From assembly GCA_036229005.1 (NCBI GenBank), contig JAZAMN010000064.1, positions 1 through 64,000 on the forward strand: a stretch of 64,000 nucleotides of DNA, given 5' to 3'. Positions 63,359-64,000 of this stretch are shown piece by piece (the first letter of the stretch is position 1; every line of letters begins with the position of its first letter). Source of the DNA: Myxococcota bacterium (GTDB lineage: Bacteria; Myxococcota_A; UBA796; CAJQPC01). The translations under genes and the position numbers were made by a program. The notes under the pieces were generated by a model. That model was not told the DNA's origin. It did no database searches and saw nothing but the letters and a program-made list of their open reading frames with translations.

Positions 63359-64000
63359 GTGTCGTTGTTGTTGGCCCTGCAGGTGTTCGGAGGCGTCGCT
63401 GCCGGACAGTCCATGATCCAGGATCACTGGACCATGCGGCAGGGGCTCCCGCAGAACTCGGTCACGGACCTGGCGCAGGACGACCAGGGCTACGTCTGGC
63501 TCGCCACCTACGGCGGCGTGGTGCGCTTTGACGGGCGGAGCTTCTCGGCCGTGCAGGTCCCCGGGCTCACCGCGCAGCGCTTTCTGACGCTGTGGGTGGA
63601 CAGCGAGCGGGTCTGGCTGGGCTCGGAGGCCGGGGGGCTCTACCTGCTGGCCGATGGGCGGGCGCAGGCCATCGGGCCGGAGGAGGAGACCTGGGCGATC
63701 GCCCCGGGGCTGGACGGCGAGCGCTTGTGGATCGCCAGTCGCTATGAGGTTTTCTCGGTCTCTCGGTGGGGGGAGCCGGAGCTCGGCGAGCGCCTCGACG
63801 TCCAGGTGCGGGCGTTCCACCCCTGGGGCGATGGCCTCGTGGGAATCGGCGGCGCCGGGAGCGCGATCTGTGTCGAGGGGGACTGCGGGGACTTCCCGCA
63901 GGGGCCTCCGCTAGGCGGGGTGCAGCGCTGGGTGGGGGACGGCGAGCGCTTCCCGCTGGTGGCCTCGACGGCGGAGGGGGTCTACCGCTTGGAGCAGGGC
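63359..64000 (+). CDS. Two-component regulator propeller (Reg_prop) sensor protein, partial
   Basis: Not in the ORF track; read manually: HWTMRQGLPQNSVTDLAQDDQGYVWLATYGGVVRFDG...LWVDSERVWLGSEAGGL. Open to the window end. Confidence 0.8.
   Translation, partial: MSLLLALQVFGGVAAGQSMIQDHWTMRQGLPQNSVTDLAQDDQGYVWLATYGGVVRFDGRSFSAVQVPGLTAQRFLTLWVDSERVWLGSEAGGLYLLADGRAQAIGPEEETWAIAPGLDGERLWIASRYEVFSVSRWGEPELGERLDVQVRAFHPWGDGLVGIGGAGSAICVEGDCGDFPQGPPLGGVQRWVGDGERFPLVASTAEGVYRLEQG

Overview
64-kb window from a very GC-rich bacterium. The gene repertoire suggests Myxococcota/'deltaproteobacterial' affinity (an inference from lamin-tail/MopE-repeat lipoproteins, an ECF-FecR locus, wHTH-TPR regulators and OM beta-barrels). 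The first ~40 kb is mostly core or accessory chromosome: an ECF sigma/anti-sigma surface-signalling locus; an argC-argA-argJ-argB-argD operon with tandem ARG boxes; a sigma54-promoter YeeE/YedE pair; pdxJ; tandem paralogue pairs; a Phd/RelE toxin-antitoxin module with a TGTACA operator; a translationally coupled cyclase-truncated globin-acidic peptide-ABC exporter operon; an orphan Flp pilin; a hybrid histidine kinase; a tRNA nucleotidyltransferase; an orphan Dam-family methylase; and an atypical DksA/TraR. Two ~1-kb intergenic repeat clusters (23.5-24.4 kb, 32.5-33.5 kb) contain one MITE/REPIN-like family, and the first also holds head-to-head 31-bp arrays. From ~40.3 to 61.3 kb there is a defence island. 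On the minus strand are a GmrSD (DUF262+HNH) enzyme fused to an intact Ser/Thr kinase and a PD-(D/E)XK nuclease. On the plus strand is a coupled six-gene DISARM-related (ARMADA-like) operon: DUF1232-like, SNF2 helicase, large N6-adenine MTase, YprA/DUF1998 helicase-nuclease, DUF4145/HEPN-RelE-like-UvrD fusion and PD-(D/E)XK nuclease. No rRNA, tRNA, CRISPR array, integrase or transposase was recognised. All domain calls come from motif reading by eye, not database searches.
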